Source: Nitrospirota bacterium (lineage in GTDB: Bacteria; Nitrospirota; Thermodesulfovibrionia; Thermodesulfovibrionales; Dissulfurispiraceae). Taken from it: a DNA stretch of 64,000 nt. Position 1 is the first letter of the stretch. Every line of letters begins with the position of its first letter. The translations under genes were made by a program, and so were the position numbers. Shown one piece after another: positions 1-10,031 of this stretch. The stretch is taken from NCBI GenBank assembly GCA_040754455.1, contig JBFMCP010000006.1, positions 33,649 through 97,648 on the forward strand. Direction: 5' to 3'. The notes beneath the pieces are model-generated. The model ran no database searches, was not told the DNA's origin, and saw only the letters and a program-made list of their open reading frames with translations.

Positions 1-456
1 AACCTCCTCGATTGTCCCTTCAGGACCTGCGAGAGCGAGATAGAGAAGCTCTCGAAAATCACCAACGTTATCCTCATCGATCTTCACGCCGAGGCAACCT
101 CGGAAAAGATCGCCTTCGGCTATTACTTTGACGGCAAAGTCAGCGCGATCATCGGCACCCATACCCATGTGCAGACCGCCGATGAAAAGATCCTCCAGGG
201 CGGCACCGCCTATATTACCGACGCTGGAATGACCGGCCCTCAGATATCGGTGATCGGCATAGAAAAAGAGCAGATCATCGAGCGCTTCCTCACCCATATG
301 CCGAGGAGATACGACGTCGCCGGAGGCGCGGCAATCTTCTCCGGCGTTGTGATCGAGATAGACGACACAAGCGGCAAAGCGAAAGGAATACAGCGGTTGC
401 AGTTAACTACTTCATCGGGAGGTATGTATGGTTCAGGCAAAAGTGAAATGGGTTGA
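1..456 (+). CDS. ymdB: YmdB-like (TIGR00282 family) metallophosphoesterase, 5' partial
   Basis: Frame 1 is open from base 1: DCPF...DLHAEATSEK...GTHTHVQTADEKIL...TAYITDAGMTGP, hallmark YmdB motifs. Confidence 0.9.
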   Translation, partial: NLLDCPFRTCESEIEKLSKITNVILIDLHAEATSEKIAFGYYFDGKVSAIIGTHTHVQTADEKILQGGTAYITDAGMTGPQISVIGIEKEQIIERFLTHMPRRYDVAGGAAIFSGVVIEIDDTSGKAKGIQRLQLTTSSGGMYGSGKSEMG

Positions 457-847
457 TGGTCTTCAATTCGTTGGAGAATCGCAAACAAAGCATGCAATCG
501 TCATGGATGCCGATCCCGAGGTCGGCGGCGCTGACACCGGTATGCGTCCTATGGAACTGCTCCTCATCGGCCTCGGCGGCTGCTCCGGCATGGATGTCGC
601 CTCCATCCTCCAGAAAAAGCGGCAGCAGATCGCCGATATCGAGATCAACGTTAAAGGCAACAAGGCCGAGACCTATCCCAAGAAGTACACCGACATCGAG
701 ATCGAATTCATCGTCAAAGGAAAAGAGGTATCCGAAGAGGCTGTCAAAAAAGCAGTAGAAGCCTCAATGGAAAAGTACTGCTCCGTCAAAGCAACCCTCG
801 AAGGCACCGCGAAAATTACCTGGAGCTATAAAATAGTACAGGTTTGA
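428..847 (+). CDS. OsmC family protein
   Basis: RPMELLLIGLGGCSGMDV and EKYCSVKATL motifs. Confidence 0.88.
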   Translation: MVQAKVKWVDGLQFVGESQTKHAIVMDADPEVGGADTGMRPMELLLIGLGGCSGMDVASILQKKRQQIADIEINVKGNKAETYPKKYTDIEIEFIVKGKEVSEEAVKKAVEASMEKYCSVKATLEGTAKITWSYKIVQV

Positions 848-922
848 TCTCTTAGCCCTTTTCTGAAGCGGTTAGCGAGCAGGTGCAGAAGTTAAACGAG
901 GAACTAAGGAACCAGTTACAAC

Positions 923-2158
923 TTAGAAAAGCCGTACCGTAACTTCCTCTCCGGCATCCAACCCCAGCTTTTCCTGGGGAATCATCACGGTACCGTCGGC
1001 TTTTACCAGCGTGGTAATCAGTCCCGATTTGCCGAGGACAGGAACAGCGTACCATTCTCCATCCAGTTCTTCGAGGGCAACACGAATGTGGTCCTCTCTT
1101 CCGGCAGAGGATGCTATGCTCTTGGCCATTTTGGCTCTGGCTGTTTTGAAAAAAGATCGCTTTGGATGCAGTCCGCTCAGTCGTTCGAGGAGCGGTCGTA
1201 TGAAGAGGTCGAAACAGACTGCCGTAGCGGCAGGATGTCCCGGCAGTCCAAGAATGGGCTTATTGTTCACCAGTCCGCCGATCATCGGTTTTCCGGGTTT
1301 CAGTGACACGCCGTGAAAGAGCACGCCGGGGCTTCCGATATCGTTGATGATATCGGCGGTCATATCCTTGGTGCCGGCAGAGGTCCCGCCGCTGATGAGG
1401 ACCATATCAGATTCCTGCAGTGCTTCTTCAATCGCCGTTCTGATGAGCGTATACTCGTCCTTAAAAATTCCTTTTTTAACCGGGATACCACCGTGGTCAC
1501 TGATGAGTCCGGCTAATGTAAAAGAATTGATATCCCTCACCTGCCCCGGTCCTAAGGGGCTGCGTGCAGGAACGATTTCATCACCGGTAGAGATGACGGC
1601 GACAACCGGTTTCATATAGACTTCTATCTCGGTGATGCCGAGGCCTGCAAGGGCGGCAATATCCTGCGCCCTCAGGCGGTGACCTTTTATGATGATCACT
1701 TCGCCGTTCTTTACATCCTCACCTCGCTGGATCACATTTTCATTCGGAGCGACCGACTTCAGCACCTCGATCATATCATCGGATACGACCTGCACATGTT
1801 CGAGCATTACTACTGCATCAGCTCCTTCGGGGAGCATTCCGCCGGTAGGGATCTTCGCGGTCTCGCCCTTGGCGATATTGACAGCCGGCGCCATCCCCAT
1901 GAATATCTCGCCTTTCAGGGTGATATACGCAGGAGCGGTCTCCTTTGCGCCGAACGTATCCGCGGCATTCACTGCATATCCGTCGACGGTAGAACGCGCA
2001 AAGCCGGGAAGATCTTCAGGTGCGATAACATCGTGAGCGATAACGCGGCCGTAGCATTCTTCTATAGGAAGCCGCTCGGCAGAGGGCCGTAACTCCGGAG
2101 AGGATTTCAATATGCGCTGTAATGCATCGGAAGGTAAAAGATAGCTTTTATCGAACAT
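923..2158 (-). CDS. moeA: Molybdopterin molybdotransferase MoeA
   Basis: RSTVDGYAV, IPTGGMLPEGADAVVMLE, STGDE, SGGTSAG, KPGKP, GLPGHP. Confidence 0.93.
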   Translation of the reverse strand: MFDKSYLLPSDALQRILKSSPELRPSAERLPIEECYGRVIAHDVIAPEDLPGFARSTVDGYAVNAADTFGAKETAPAYITLKGEIFMGMAPAVNIAKGETAKIPTGGMLPEGADAVVMLEHVQVVSDDMIEVLKSVAPNENVIQRGEDVKNGEVIIIKGHRLRAQDIAALAGLGITEIEVYMKPVVAVISTGDEIVPARSPLGPGQVRDINSFTLAGLISDHGGIPVKKGIFKDEYTLIRTAIEEALQESDMVLISGGTSAGTKDMTADIINDIGSPGVLFHGVSLKPGKPMIGGLVNNKPILGLPGHPAATAVCFDLFIRPLLERLSGLHPKRSFFKTARAKMAKSIASSAGREDHIRVALEELDGEWYAVPVLGKSGLITTLVKADGTVMIPQEKLGLDAGEEVTVRLF

Positions 2159-2175
2159 AACTCAGAAATATCCTA

Positions 2176-2275
2176 CATACGAAGCACGAAATCCTAAGCA
2201 GCTTCGCAAGACCGAAACCGTTTTGAATTTCTGATATTTCATTTGTTTAGAATTTAGAAATTAGGATTTCGTATG
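2176..2275. repeat. Inverted short-repeat element (CGAAATCCTAA ... TTAGGATTTCG)
   Basis: Left arm catacgaagcacgaaatcctaa; right arm tttagaatttagaaattaggatttcgtatg. Confidence 0.55.
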
Positions 2276-2288
2276 TGCCGTTTCGTTT

Positions 2289-2996
2289 TTAGAGGGGGCT
2301 TTTTTTCAAGACCTCGGCATTCCGGCCGTTTTTGAGCAGATCGAGAATCCGTGTTATCGACTCGTCATGGAGCTGATAAATGTAATCCTTGTCGAGGCCC
2401 ATCTTCCTCTTTTTATTGAAGAGCGAGAGATAGAGAATTCCTTTATATATCCTCTTATTGGTCTTGAAAGAAAAGATGTAGCTGTCGAGAGAGCCTTCGA
2501 GAAAACTGTCGTTTCTCTGCTGGACCGTCTTGCTGATGGTCACCGTCTGGAGCCAATAGACCTTGTTGATCATGCTGTCGGCCTTGAGCTCGAGCCAGGT
2601 GTGCTCCATGTCCATGGTATCTTCGGTCAGGGTCTCATGGGCAACGGTATCGGCAGCGAGATGGCTCAAATAGCCGTAGACAAAGGCCTTTTCTGGCCCC
2701 TTCTTCGCCTGCGAGAGGAGATTAAGCCCTACCTCCCAGCTGTGCGAGCTCTTATTGTCAGGCAGATATTTTTTCCCGAGAATCATGTCGGCCATCAGGT
2801 TGCCGTAGAGAAAGTCCTGGCGGTATTTACGCATAAGGCCCAATACGCCTGCGGGAATGAGCGGTGCGTAGGCAAAAAGCTCGTTGCCGAGATACATGTG
2901 GGTAAGGGGTCCCCAGGCAAAGGCAAAAGAAGGCACAAGGATGAGGCCGATCAGAAGCAGCACAAAAAACATAATTTTATACCTCGAAGGAGCCAC
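2289..2996 (-). CDS. Zinc-dependent phospholipase C family protein
   Basis: Signal-like N-terminus followed by AWGPLTH; FLYGNLMAD; GYLSHLAADTVAH; HTWLE. Confidence 0.75.
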   Translation of the reverse strand: MAPSRYKIMFFVLLLIGLILVPSFAFAWGPLTHMYLGNELFAYAPLIPAGVLGLMRKYRQDFLYGNLMADMILGKKYLPDNKSSHSWEVGLNLLSQAKKGPEKAFVYGYLSHLAADTVAHETLTEDTMDMEHTWLELKADSMINKVYWLQTVTISKTVQQRNDSFLEGSLDSYIFSFKTNKRIYKGILYLSLFNKKRKMGLDKDYIYQLHDESITRILDLLKNGRNAEVLKKSPL

Positions 2997-3010
2997 AGAC
3001 GTGGCTCAAC

Positions 3011-4507
3011 TCATTTTCCCGCAGGGCAAAGCCCTTCCAAAAAGGTTACTAATAAACGCACCCCGATCCCGGTCGCGCCTTTCGGGATATAGGGTTTATC
3101 CTTTTCATTCCATGCGGTGCCTGCGATGTCGAGATGGATCCATGGAGTGGTACCGGCGAACTCTTTGAGGAAGTATGCTGCGGTGACGAGCGAGCCCTTT
3201 CTGCCGCCCGCATTCTTCATATCCGCAACATCGCTCTTCAGGTAATCCTTATATTCATCATAGAGCGGCATCTGCCATACCCGTTCATAAGTCTCTTCAG
3301 ATGCCCTCTTCACCTGCTCCATCAGATCCTGGTCATTTCCCATCATGGCTATCGCCTCATTCCCCAGAGCAATCGAACAGGCTCCGGTAAGGGTTGCTAT
3401 ATCGATGACCGCCTTAGGACTATAGTATTTTAGTGCATAACCGATAGCATCCGCAAGGATTAATCTGCCCTCGGCATCGGTGCTGATGATTTCGATCGTC
3501 AATCCGTTGACAGCCCTGAGCACATCGCCGGGCTTGAATGCCGTGCCGCTGGGGAGATTCTCCGTTGCCGGGACAATGCCGACCAGGTTGACCGGCAGAC
3601 CAAGCGCTGCAGCGGCCTTGATTACCCCGAGCACGGCCGAGCCTCCGGCCATATCGTATTTCATCTTTTCCATTCCCTCTGCGGGCTTGATGGAAATGCC
3701 GCCGCTGTCGAAGGTGATCGCCTTTCCGATAAGAACGAGAGGAGCACCCTTCCCTCCTTTATATTCGAGAACAATAAATTTCGGAGGTTCGGCAGAGCCC
3801 CTGGCAACGGCGAGGTAGGCGCCCATACCCTCTTTTTTGGTGTCCCTTTCCTCCAATATTTTCACTTTGATCTTTTTATTTTCAGCAAGCGATTGTGCTG
3901 CAACACTTAATGCGGTAGGCGTCATATCGTTAGAGGGCGTATTGACGAGGTCCCGCGCAAACATCACGGCTGATACGACCGTCTCAATCTTTTTTAAGGG
4001 AAGACCCTTATCATCGTCGAGCACAATGAGCGTGGCGAGCCCTTTGCCGTTTTCCTTTTTCTTGTATTTCTCGAACCGGTAAAGGGAGAGCAGCCCGCCT
4101 TCGACGAAATATACCACCTGCTTGTTTTTTGCACCCGTCGCAATCGCAAACTCTTGCAGTGTCGTGCGGAACTGCATCGTAGAGACAGCGATATCAGAAC
4201 ACCCGAGATCTCGTGCATAAGAAAAGGCCTTTCCTCCTGCCTGCCTGAGGCGCTCGGGAGTAAGCTCAGCCTGTTTACCGAGGCCGATCATCAGGATTCG
4301 CGATGCATTGATGCCGTGGGCATGAAGAAGGGTGAGCTGATTGTGCTTCCCGGTAAATTCCTTTGTGTTGATTACTTTTGCAATGAGGCCGCCGATGATA
4401 GCATTGATATCGGCATATATGTCCGAAGGAGGATTTTCGAAACAAGGGAGGACCAGTACGTCAGCACGTACCGCTTCTTCTGCCGTATCCTTGATGACGA
4501 TATTCAT
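3011..4507 (-). CDS. pepA: Leucyl aminopeptidase (M17)
   Basis: GKAITFDSGGISIKP, MKYDMAG, STDAEGRLILADA, DIATLTGA, WIHLDIAG. Confidence 0.95.
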   Translation of the reverse strand: MNIVIKDTAEEAVRADVLVLPCFENPPSDIYADINAIIGGLIAKVINTKEFTGKHNQLTLLHAHGINASRILMIGLGKQAELTPERLRQAGGKAFSYARDLGCSDIAVSTMQFRTTLQEFAIATGAKNKQVVYFVEGGLLSLYRFEKYKKKENGKGLATLIVLDDDKGLPLKKIETVVSAVMFARDLVNTPSNDMTPTALSVAAQSLAENKKIKVKILEERDTKKEGMGAYLAVARGSAEPPKFIVLEYKGGKGAPLVLIGKAITFDSGGISIKPAEGMEKMKYDMAGGSAVLGVIKAAAALGLPVNLVGIVPATENLPSGTAFKPGDVLRAVNGLTIEIISTDAEGRLILADAIGYALKYYSPKAVIDIATLTGACSIALGNEAIAMMGNDQDLMEQVKRASEETYERVWQMPLYDEYKDYLKSDVADMKNAGGRKGSLVTAAYFLKEFAGTTPWIHLDIAGTAWNEKDKPYIPKGATGIGVRLLVTFLEGLCPAGK

Positions 4508-5103
4508 TATTCGATCTGGGCCCTGCCCGGACGCGGGGAACGGTTGAACCTGTTCATTGCCTTGTCGATGCCTTCTGCCACAATGACCGAAACGGCGTCG
4601 GATGCATTAATTATAGCATCTTTTATTGCGTTCTTCTCCGCAGTCGTAAAAGTGCTCAGGACATAGCGCTCGACGGGGATATCCCGGTCGCGCCCGATGC
4701 CCACTTTGACCCTTATGAAATCCTTCGTTCCCGTCTCCTGTATAATCGACTCGATGCCTTTATGTCCGCCCGATGAGCCGCCCTTCCTGATCTTTATGAC
4801 GCCGGTTTCGAGGTCGAGATCGTCGTGGACGACGATCAGTGTTTTGGATAGATTATCGGTGGGGATTCCGTATTTCTTGAGAACCCTTTTGACGGCAAGG
4901 CCGCTCCTGTTCATAAAGGTAAGGGGCTTGAGGAGGACGGTCTCCTGCCCCTCAATAGCCCCTTTCCCTATGCTGTAGAGCTCTTTTTCATTCAGGGTAA
5001 TCCGGTAGGCTTCGGCGAGCTGGTCGATGACATTGAAGCCGACATTATGACGGGTCTTAGCATACCTGCTGCCCGGATTTCCCAGTCCGACAATGATCCA
5101 CAT
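4507..5103 (-). CDS. pth: Peptidyl-tRNA hydrolase
   Basis: IVGLGNPG, TRHNVGF, KPLTFMNRSG, HDDLDL, GGHKG; start placed at MWIIVG. Confidence 0.95.
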   Translation of the reverse strand: MWIIVGLGNPGSRYAKTRHNVGFNVIDQLAEAYRITLNEKELYSIGKGAIEGQETVLLKPLTFMNRSGLAVKRVLKKYGIPTDNLSKTLIVVHDDLDLETGVIKIRKGGSSGGHKGIESIIQETGTKDFIRVKVGIGRDRDIPVERYVLSTFTTAEKNAIKDAIINASDAVSVIVAEGIDKAMNRFNRSPRPGRAQIE

Positions 5104-5110
5104 AAATAAA

Positions 5111-5189
5111 GCCGTTATAGCGTCCAGCGTTATTGCGCACAAGGATCACTCTTGCTATAAACGCTATAACGCGACAGACGCGATAAACG
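5111..5189. repeat. GCGTTATA-family inverted short-tandem-repeat element, copy 1
   Basis: gccgttatagcgtccagcgttattgcgc ... gctataaacgctataacgcgacagacgcgataaacg. Confidence 0.7.
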
Positions 5190-5849
5190 TTATTTTTTCT
5201 CTTTTGTCTCTTTCGCTTCCTCTTCGGTCTTCTTGCCCTTCTTGATCACTTCGGGCTCTGCAACCTCTGTTACTGCCTCTGCAGGCGCCGCTTCCTCCTT
5301 GACGCCGACTACGGAAGCGAGCACTTCATGAGGTTCGCTGAGGATGCGGACTCCCTCGCCGGGCTGCAGATCGCTGACATGAATAGACTGGCCGATCAAC
5401 AGGTTGGTAACATCAACATCGAAATGGCCGGGAATCTTGTCAGGAAGACACTCGACCTCGATTTCTCTGAGACCGTGCTGCAGGATGCCCTTATCTCTCT
5501 TGACTCCAATGGCCTCACCTTTGATCACCACATGCACCATAACCCTTATTGCCTCGGTAGCGGAGACCTCCTGAAAATCCACATGGATCAGATCACCCGT
5601 AATGGGGTCCGTCTGGTAGTCCTTTACAATAGCCTGTTTGGTATCGCCAGGGAACTTGAGGTTCACGATCACCTGTTCGCCTGCCGTCTTGCTGATAAAA
5701 GATGCAAGCTCCTTGCCTGAAAGCTGTATGGACTGGGCATTGCCTTTCCGGTACATGACTCCAGGAACCGAGCCGTTTGCTCTCAGCGAACGCGCTCCGC
5801 CTTTACCCGTTCTCTCTCTCTTTTCGACACTCAACACGACTTTTTCCAT
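5190..5849 (-). CDS. rplY: 50S ribosomal protein L25 / Ctc
   Basis: GKGGARSLRANGSVPGVMY, HVDF, EPEVIKKGKK; GGAGG RBS before the ATG at 5849. Confidence 0.93.
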   Translation of the reverse strand: MEKVVLSVEKRERTGKGGARSLRANGSVPGVMYRKGNAQSIQLSGKELASFISKTAGEQVIVNLKFPGDTKQAIVKDYQTDPITGDLIHVDFQEVSATEAIRVMVHVVIKGEAIGVKRDKGILQHGLREIEVECLPDKIPGHFDVDVTNLLIGQSIHVSDLQPGEGVRILSEPHEVLASVVGVKEEAAPAEAVTEVAEPEVIKKGKKTEEEAKETKEKK

Positions 5850-5864
5850 AATTCCTCCATTCAA

Positions 5865-5959
5865 AAGTAAGAAGTAGGAAGTAGGAAGTAAGAAGTAAAA
5901 GAGAGAAAATAGTTGTTTGTTTCCAACTTCCCGCTTCTTACTTCTCACTTCTTACTTTT
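5865..5959. repeat. Inverted heptamer arrays (AAGTARG)n ... (TTCTTAC-like)n
   Basis: aagtaag aagtagg aagtagg aagtaag aagtaaa, then ttccaac ttcccgc ttcttac ttctcac ttcttac. Confidence 0.8.
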
Positions 5960-5962
5960 TAT

Positions 5963-6904
5963 TTATACAAACAACGAGCTTACCGACGTCTCCTCGTGGA
6001 TCCTCTTGATCGCTTCTGAAAGAAGCTTCGAAACGCTCAGCACCTTAAGCTTTTTACAGATACTCACCTTGTCATCCAGAGGAATTGTATCGGTGGTGAT
6101 CACTTCCTCCAATACCGAATTGTTTATCCTGTCGATAGCAGGACCCGACAATACCGCGTGGCTGCATGCAGCGCATACCCGCTTCGCCCCATTCTCATGC
6201 AGGGCCTGTGCCGCCTGGGTAATGGTGCCTGCCGTATCGATCATATCATCAAGCAGGATGACATCCCTGTCCTTCACGTTGCCGATAACGTTCATGACCT
6301 TCGATACATTCGCTGCTTCGCGCCGCTTGTCGACAATCGCGAGCGACGCATTCAGCCGTTTTGCAAACGCCCGTGCACGCTCGACACCGCCTGCATCCGG
6401 GGAGACGATGACAAGATTGTCGAACTGACTCTTCTTTATATATTCAAGCAGGACCGGCGCAGCGTAAAGATGATCAACAGGAATATCGAAAAATCCCTGG
6501 ATCTGCGCGGCATGGAGATCGATGGTCAACACCCTGTTCGTCCCTGCCGCGGTGAGGAGATCGGCAACGAGTTTCGATGAAATAGGTACCCTCGGCTGGA
6601 CCTTCCGGTCCTGGCGCGCATACCCGTAGTAGGGCACTACCGCCGTGATCCTGCGCGCAGAGGCCCGCTTCAAGGCATCGATGATGAGGAGCAGTTCCAT
6701 AAGGTTGTGGTTCACGGGCGAACAGGTGGGCTGTATGACAAAGACGTCGCACCCCCTGACGTTCTCATTGATCTGTACCGTTATCTCGCCATCGCTGAAG
6801 GTGTTCACCATAGTGTCGGTCAAGGAAATTCCGCTCTGTTTGCTCACAGCCTCCGCGAGCGGCCGGTTTGCATTGCCAGTAATAAGCTTGATACGGTCAG
6901 ACAT
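5963..6904 (-). CDS. prs: Ribose-phosphate pyrophosphokinase
   Basis: [43 protein letters not shown]. Confidence 0.97.
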   Translation of the reverse strand: MSDRIKLITGNANRPLAEAVSKQSGISLTDTMVNTFSDGEITVQINENVRGCDVFVIQPTCSPVNHNLMELLLIIDALKRASARRITAVVPYYGYARQDRKVQPRVPISSKLVADLLTAAGTNRVLTIDLHAAQIQGFFDIPVDHLYAAPVLLEYIKKSQFDNLVIVSPDAGGVERARAFAKRLNASLAIVDKRREAANVSKVMNVIGNVKDRDVILLDDMIDTAGTITQAAQALHENGAKRVCAACSHAVLSGPAIDRINNSVLEEVITTDTIPLDDKVSICKKLKVLSVSKLLSEAIKRIHEETSVSSLFV

Positions 6905-6927
6905 GCTCTCTCCTCCAATTTAATAGT

Positions 6928-7013
6928 GCGTTATAGCGCCAAGCGTTCATCGCGTTTAGAGCGAGGCAGATTTCTTGTACACTGGAACGCTCTACGCTGC
7001 ACGCTACAACGCT
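6928..7013. repeat. GCGTTATA-family inverted element, copy 2
   Basis: gcgttatagcgccaagcgttcatcgcgtttagagcg ... aacgctctacgctgcacgctacaacgct. Confidence 0.7.
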
Positions 7014-7018
7014 TTTAC

Positions 7019-7090
7019 CTGGGGCGCCAGGATTCGAACCTGGGAATGGCAGATCCAAAATCTGCTGACTTACCGCTTGTCGACGCCCCA
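7019..7090 (-). tRNA. tRNA-Gln(TTG), CCA not encoded
   Basis: Reverse complement TGGGGCG...GCAGA-TTTTGGA-TCTGC...GGTTCGAATCC...CGCCCCAG; conserved ispE-tRNA-Gln-prs context. Confidence 0.95.
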
Positions 7091-7097
7091 AAATTTT

Positions 7098-7170
7098 CGT
7101 TTATAGCGCCGAGCGTTGCTAAAATCAGAATCCTTTATGTCTAAACGCACAACGCTGAACGCTATAACGC
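7098..7170. repeat. GCGTTATA-family inverted element, copy 3
   Basis: cgtttatagcgccgagcgttg ... aacgcacaacgctgaacgctataacgc. Confidence 0.7.
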
Positions 7171-7171
7171 T

Positions 7172-8044
7172 CTACGATGTTAATGTTTCGACCACCCTGC
7201 AAAAATACGGTGCGAATTGATGCGATGCAGCGACCGCCTGTTCGCGGTTTTCAAAAAGGCCGAATACGGTGGACCCGCTCCCGCTCATGAGGGCAAGCCC
7301 GGCCCCGCATGCGAGCAGCTGCCCTTTCAGAGCTCCGATAACAGGATACCGCCCAATCACCTCGTCTTCGAAATCGTTACGGATGAGTGCCTTGAGACGT
7401 GTACGATCACCGACTTTCAGGGCCTCATAAATTAACTGGATATTATTATCGGAATTACCCTTATTTGTCAATTCCCTTCGGCCTGCGAAACTGCTCCGCC
7501 GGGCGCTGAGCGCACCGTAGGCCCATGCCGTCGCCACGGATACCGGGGGCTTTACCAGAAGCAAGGTGTAAGGAATCTCTATGGCGAGGGGGGTGAGGAC
7601 CTCTCCTCTTCCCTCAGCAAGCGCCAGAGGGCCGTCAAAAAAGAAGGGAACATCGGACCCCAGCGTGCCACCGACCATTTTAAGCTCCTCCTCGCTGAGG
7701 CGGAGTCCCCAGAGGGTATTCAGTCCCCTCAATGCCGAGGCTGCATCGCTGCTCCCCCCACCGAGTCCGGCTCCCCAGGGGATCTCCTTGTTCAGCACGA
7801 TGCGCGCCCCCCTGGTGCAACCGGTAAACTGCTGCAAGGACCGCGCGGCTTTAAAGACGAGGTTCTGCTCGGGCGGCAGCTCCATTCCGGTAATCAATTC
7901 AAGCGTATCGGCAGGGCTGAACGACAGCGTATCACAGAGAGTGATGCAGTGCATCAGAGAGCGGATGTTGTGGTACCCGTCAGCTCTTTTATCCAATACC
8001 GAGAGGGTCCAGTTTATCTTGGCAGGCGCCTTAATGGTGAGCAT
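7172..8044 (-). CDS. ispE: 4-diphosphocytidyl-2-C-methyl-D-erythritol kinase
   Basis: APAKIN, GAGLGGGSSDAA, LGSDVPFF, MSGSGSTVFG. Confidence 0.95.
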   Translation of the reverse strand: MLTIKAPAKINWTLSVLDKRADGYHNIRSLMHCITLCDTLSFSPADTLELITGMELPPEQNLVFKAARSLQQFTGCTRGARIVLNKEIPWGAGLGGGSSDAASALRGLNTLWGLRLSEEELKMVGGTLGSDVPFFFDGPLALAEGRGEVLTPLAIEIPYTLLLVKPPVSVATAWAYGALSARRSSFAGRRELTNKGNSDNNIQLIYEALKVGDRTRLKALIRNDFEDEVIGRYPVIGALKGQLLACGAGLALMSGSGSTVFGLFENREQAVAASHQFAPYFCRVVETLTS

Positions 8045-8064
8045 GGGATCGGTTGAGGAACGCG

Positions 8065-9813
8065 TTACAGAGCGCTCTTCTGATGCTGCTTCTGTTTTAT
8101 GTTCCGTATCTTCCGCTCAATACGCTCTTTCAGTCCCTCTTCCTTAGCAGGAAATTTCAGTGCCTCATTCCACGATTCAAGGGCATCGTGATCACTCTTC
8201 AGTGCTTCATAGACATCGCCGATATGCTCATGCAGCACAGGATCGTCGTTCACTGACTTCAGGGCCTTTTTAAGTGTCGTCAGTGCTTCATCGAACCTGC
8301 CGAGCTTGAAATAGACCCAGCCGAGGCTATCGATAATGTACCCGCTGTCGGGTTTCAGGTCCAGCGCCCTGGTGATGAGATTGAGGGCCTCATCGAGGTG
8401 GATGCCCTTTTCCGCATAGCTGTAGCCGAGGTAATTCATGGCATCGGCATGCTTCGGATTCAGCTCAATCGTATACTTGAGTGCCGCTACCATATCATCA
8501 AAGCGCCCCATCTTCTCATAGAGAACAGCAAGGTTGAAGTTCAGCTCGTCGTTCTCCTTGAACCGTGCCAGCCCCTCCCTGAAGACAGCTTCAGCTTTGA
8601 TATAATTCTTCAGCTGCATATGGGCGGCGCCGAGATACGCATAGATTTCGGGCTTGTCCTTTTCAAAGCTCAGTATTTCCTCATAGATTCTCGCTGCATC
8701 ATCGTAGCGGTTCTTCTGTGCGTAGATAAATCCGAGGGAAAGAAAAGCGCTGATGTTCTTGGGGTCGAGCGTGAGGATCTTTTTCAACTCCTCGATGGCT
8801 GCATCGTGCCGGTCCAGCTCTTCGAGGGCGAGCACCTTGTAGTTCCTCACTGCAAGGTCTCTCGGCTTCGCAGCGAGGACAACCTCGAATTCCGCGAGCG
8901 CCCGCTCGTACTGTTTTTCCTGCAGATAGAGCAATCCGAGCCTGAGGTGGGCGTCGACATTGCCCGGCACCCGCTCCAGCGCCTCTTCAAGGGCCTTGAT
9001 CGCTTTCCTGAAATCCTTCTCAGAGAGGTACATCTGGAAGAGTTTCTCCCTGGTGAGCATATTGTTGGGATTCACCTCGAGGGCTTTCATATAGTATGCC
9101 TCAGCGGTAGGCAGGTCTCCTTTCAGCTCACGAATAAAACCTGCATTGACGTACGCGGCATCAAAGGACGGGCGGATGGTGATGATTTTCCTAAACATAT
9201 CTTCGGCGCTGTCATAAGACTTCGCTTCGAGATAGGCCGATCCTATATAATACAGGGCCATAATATTATCGGGATCCTTTTCCAGTACTTTCCCGAACAG
9301 GGCTTGCGCCTTTCTTGTTTCTCCCTTTCCTGCATAGAGCGAACCGAGGAACAGAAGCGCCTCATCCTTGTCCGGAGCCAGCCGTACCACACGTTCGTAT
9401 ATTTTTATCGCTGCGTCGCTCTTTTTCTCATTATGGTAAAGCTCGCCGAGAAGCATGAGTGCAGGGACGTAATCGGGATGCACTTTTATCAGCTCTTCTA
9501 GTCCGGTCAGCGCATCAGAGATCCGTCCCACTTTGATGAGCGCCATACTGATCTGGGTTTTCAGATGGACAGAATGCGGATCGAACGCAAGGGCGTTCTG
9601 GTAGTGCTGCAGCGCCTCTTCCCACTTCTCATCCTGTTCTGCCGCGTAGCCCTGAAGATACGCCAGAAACGCCTTTCCGGCATAGGGCGGCCACTCCTCC
9701 CGATGTCTTTTCTCCGGAGTTGCCGTACTGATCGTCTTCTGGGCAGTCGTTGCGCACGAGGCAGTAAACAGCGGGAATAGCAAGAGCAGGGGAACGAAAA
9801 GTCTTAATAGCAT
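8065..9813 (-). CDS. Tetratricopeptide repeat protein, probable lipoprotein
   Basis: Signal peptide with TASC lipobox-like site; many TPRs; NYLGYSYAE and IIDSLGWVYFK motifs typical of the TPR gene found next to ispE. Confidence 0.85.
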   Translation of the reverse strand: MLLRLFVPLLLLFPLFTASCATTAQKTISTATPEKRHREEWPPYAGKAFLAYLQGYAAEQDEKWEEALQHYQNALAFDPHSVHLKTQISMALIKVGRISDALTGLEELIKVHPDYVPALMLLGELYHNEKKSDAAIKIYERVVRLAPDKDEALLFLGSLYAGKGETRKAQALFGKVLEKDPDNIMALYYIGSAYLEAKSYDSAEDMFRKIITIRPSFDAAYVNAGFIRELKGDLPTAEAYYMKALEVNPNNMLTREKLFQMYLSEKDFRKAIKALEEALERVPGNVDAHLRLGLLYLQEKQYERALAEFEVVLAAKPRDLAVRNYKVLALEELDRHDAAIEELKKILTLDPKNISAFLSLGFIYAQKNRYDDAARIYEEILSFEKDKPEIYAYLGAAHMQLKNYIKAEAVFREGLARFKENDELNFNLAVLYEKMGRFDDMVAALKYTIELNPKHADAMNYLGYSYAEKGIHLDEALNLITRALDLKPDSGYIIDSLGWVYFKLGRFDEALTTLKKALKSVNDDPVLHEHIGDVYEALKSDHDALESWNEALKFPAKEEGLKERIERKIRNIKQKQHQKSAL

Positions 9814-9856
9814 AATTTTTTATTATCGCACAATGGATAGATAAAGTTAAAGGTGA

Positions 9857-9888
9857 TAAAAACAGTGGGGAGCCGACAGCTCCCCACT
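9857..9888 (-). terminator. Intrinsic terminator downstream of the small peptide gene
   Basis: AGTGGGGAGC-TGTCG-GCTCCCCACT 10-bp hairpin followed by GTTTTTA on the minus strand. Confidence 0.75.
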
Positions 9889-9914
9889 CATGAAGTCTTT
9901 GTAATGAAGCAACG

Positions 9915-9977
9915 TTAGCACGAACCCTTACATTTGCAGGTCATCGCTGCCTTTTTGGCTACCTTCTTGATCGTCAT
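9915..9977 (-). CDS. 20-aa Cys-rich peptide MTIKKVAKKAAMTCKCKGSC, putative radical SAM-modified RiPP precursor
   Basis: Hand translation; AAGGAGGT Shine-Dalgarno just upstream of the ATG; directly downstream of the rSAM/SPASM gene; followed by a terminator; too short for the ORF track. Confidence 0.75.
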   Translation of the reverse strand: MTIKKVAKKAAMTCKCKGSC

Positions 9978-10031
9978 CGGCGCACCTCCTTTTCCAAGGG
10001 GTCATGCCGGACTTCATGCCCGGTTATTTCA

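Noticed and set aside
5850..5948. N-terminal extensions of rplY (also pth and recR) in the ORF track
   Set aside because: They run through intergenic repeat elements; downstream ATGs match the family N-termini
8398..9501. Long antisense ORFs (also 16407-17516, 39315-40418, 24299-25177 and others)
   Set aside because: They overlap well-supported genes on the opposite strand, as expected from codon bias
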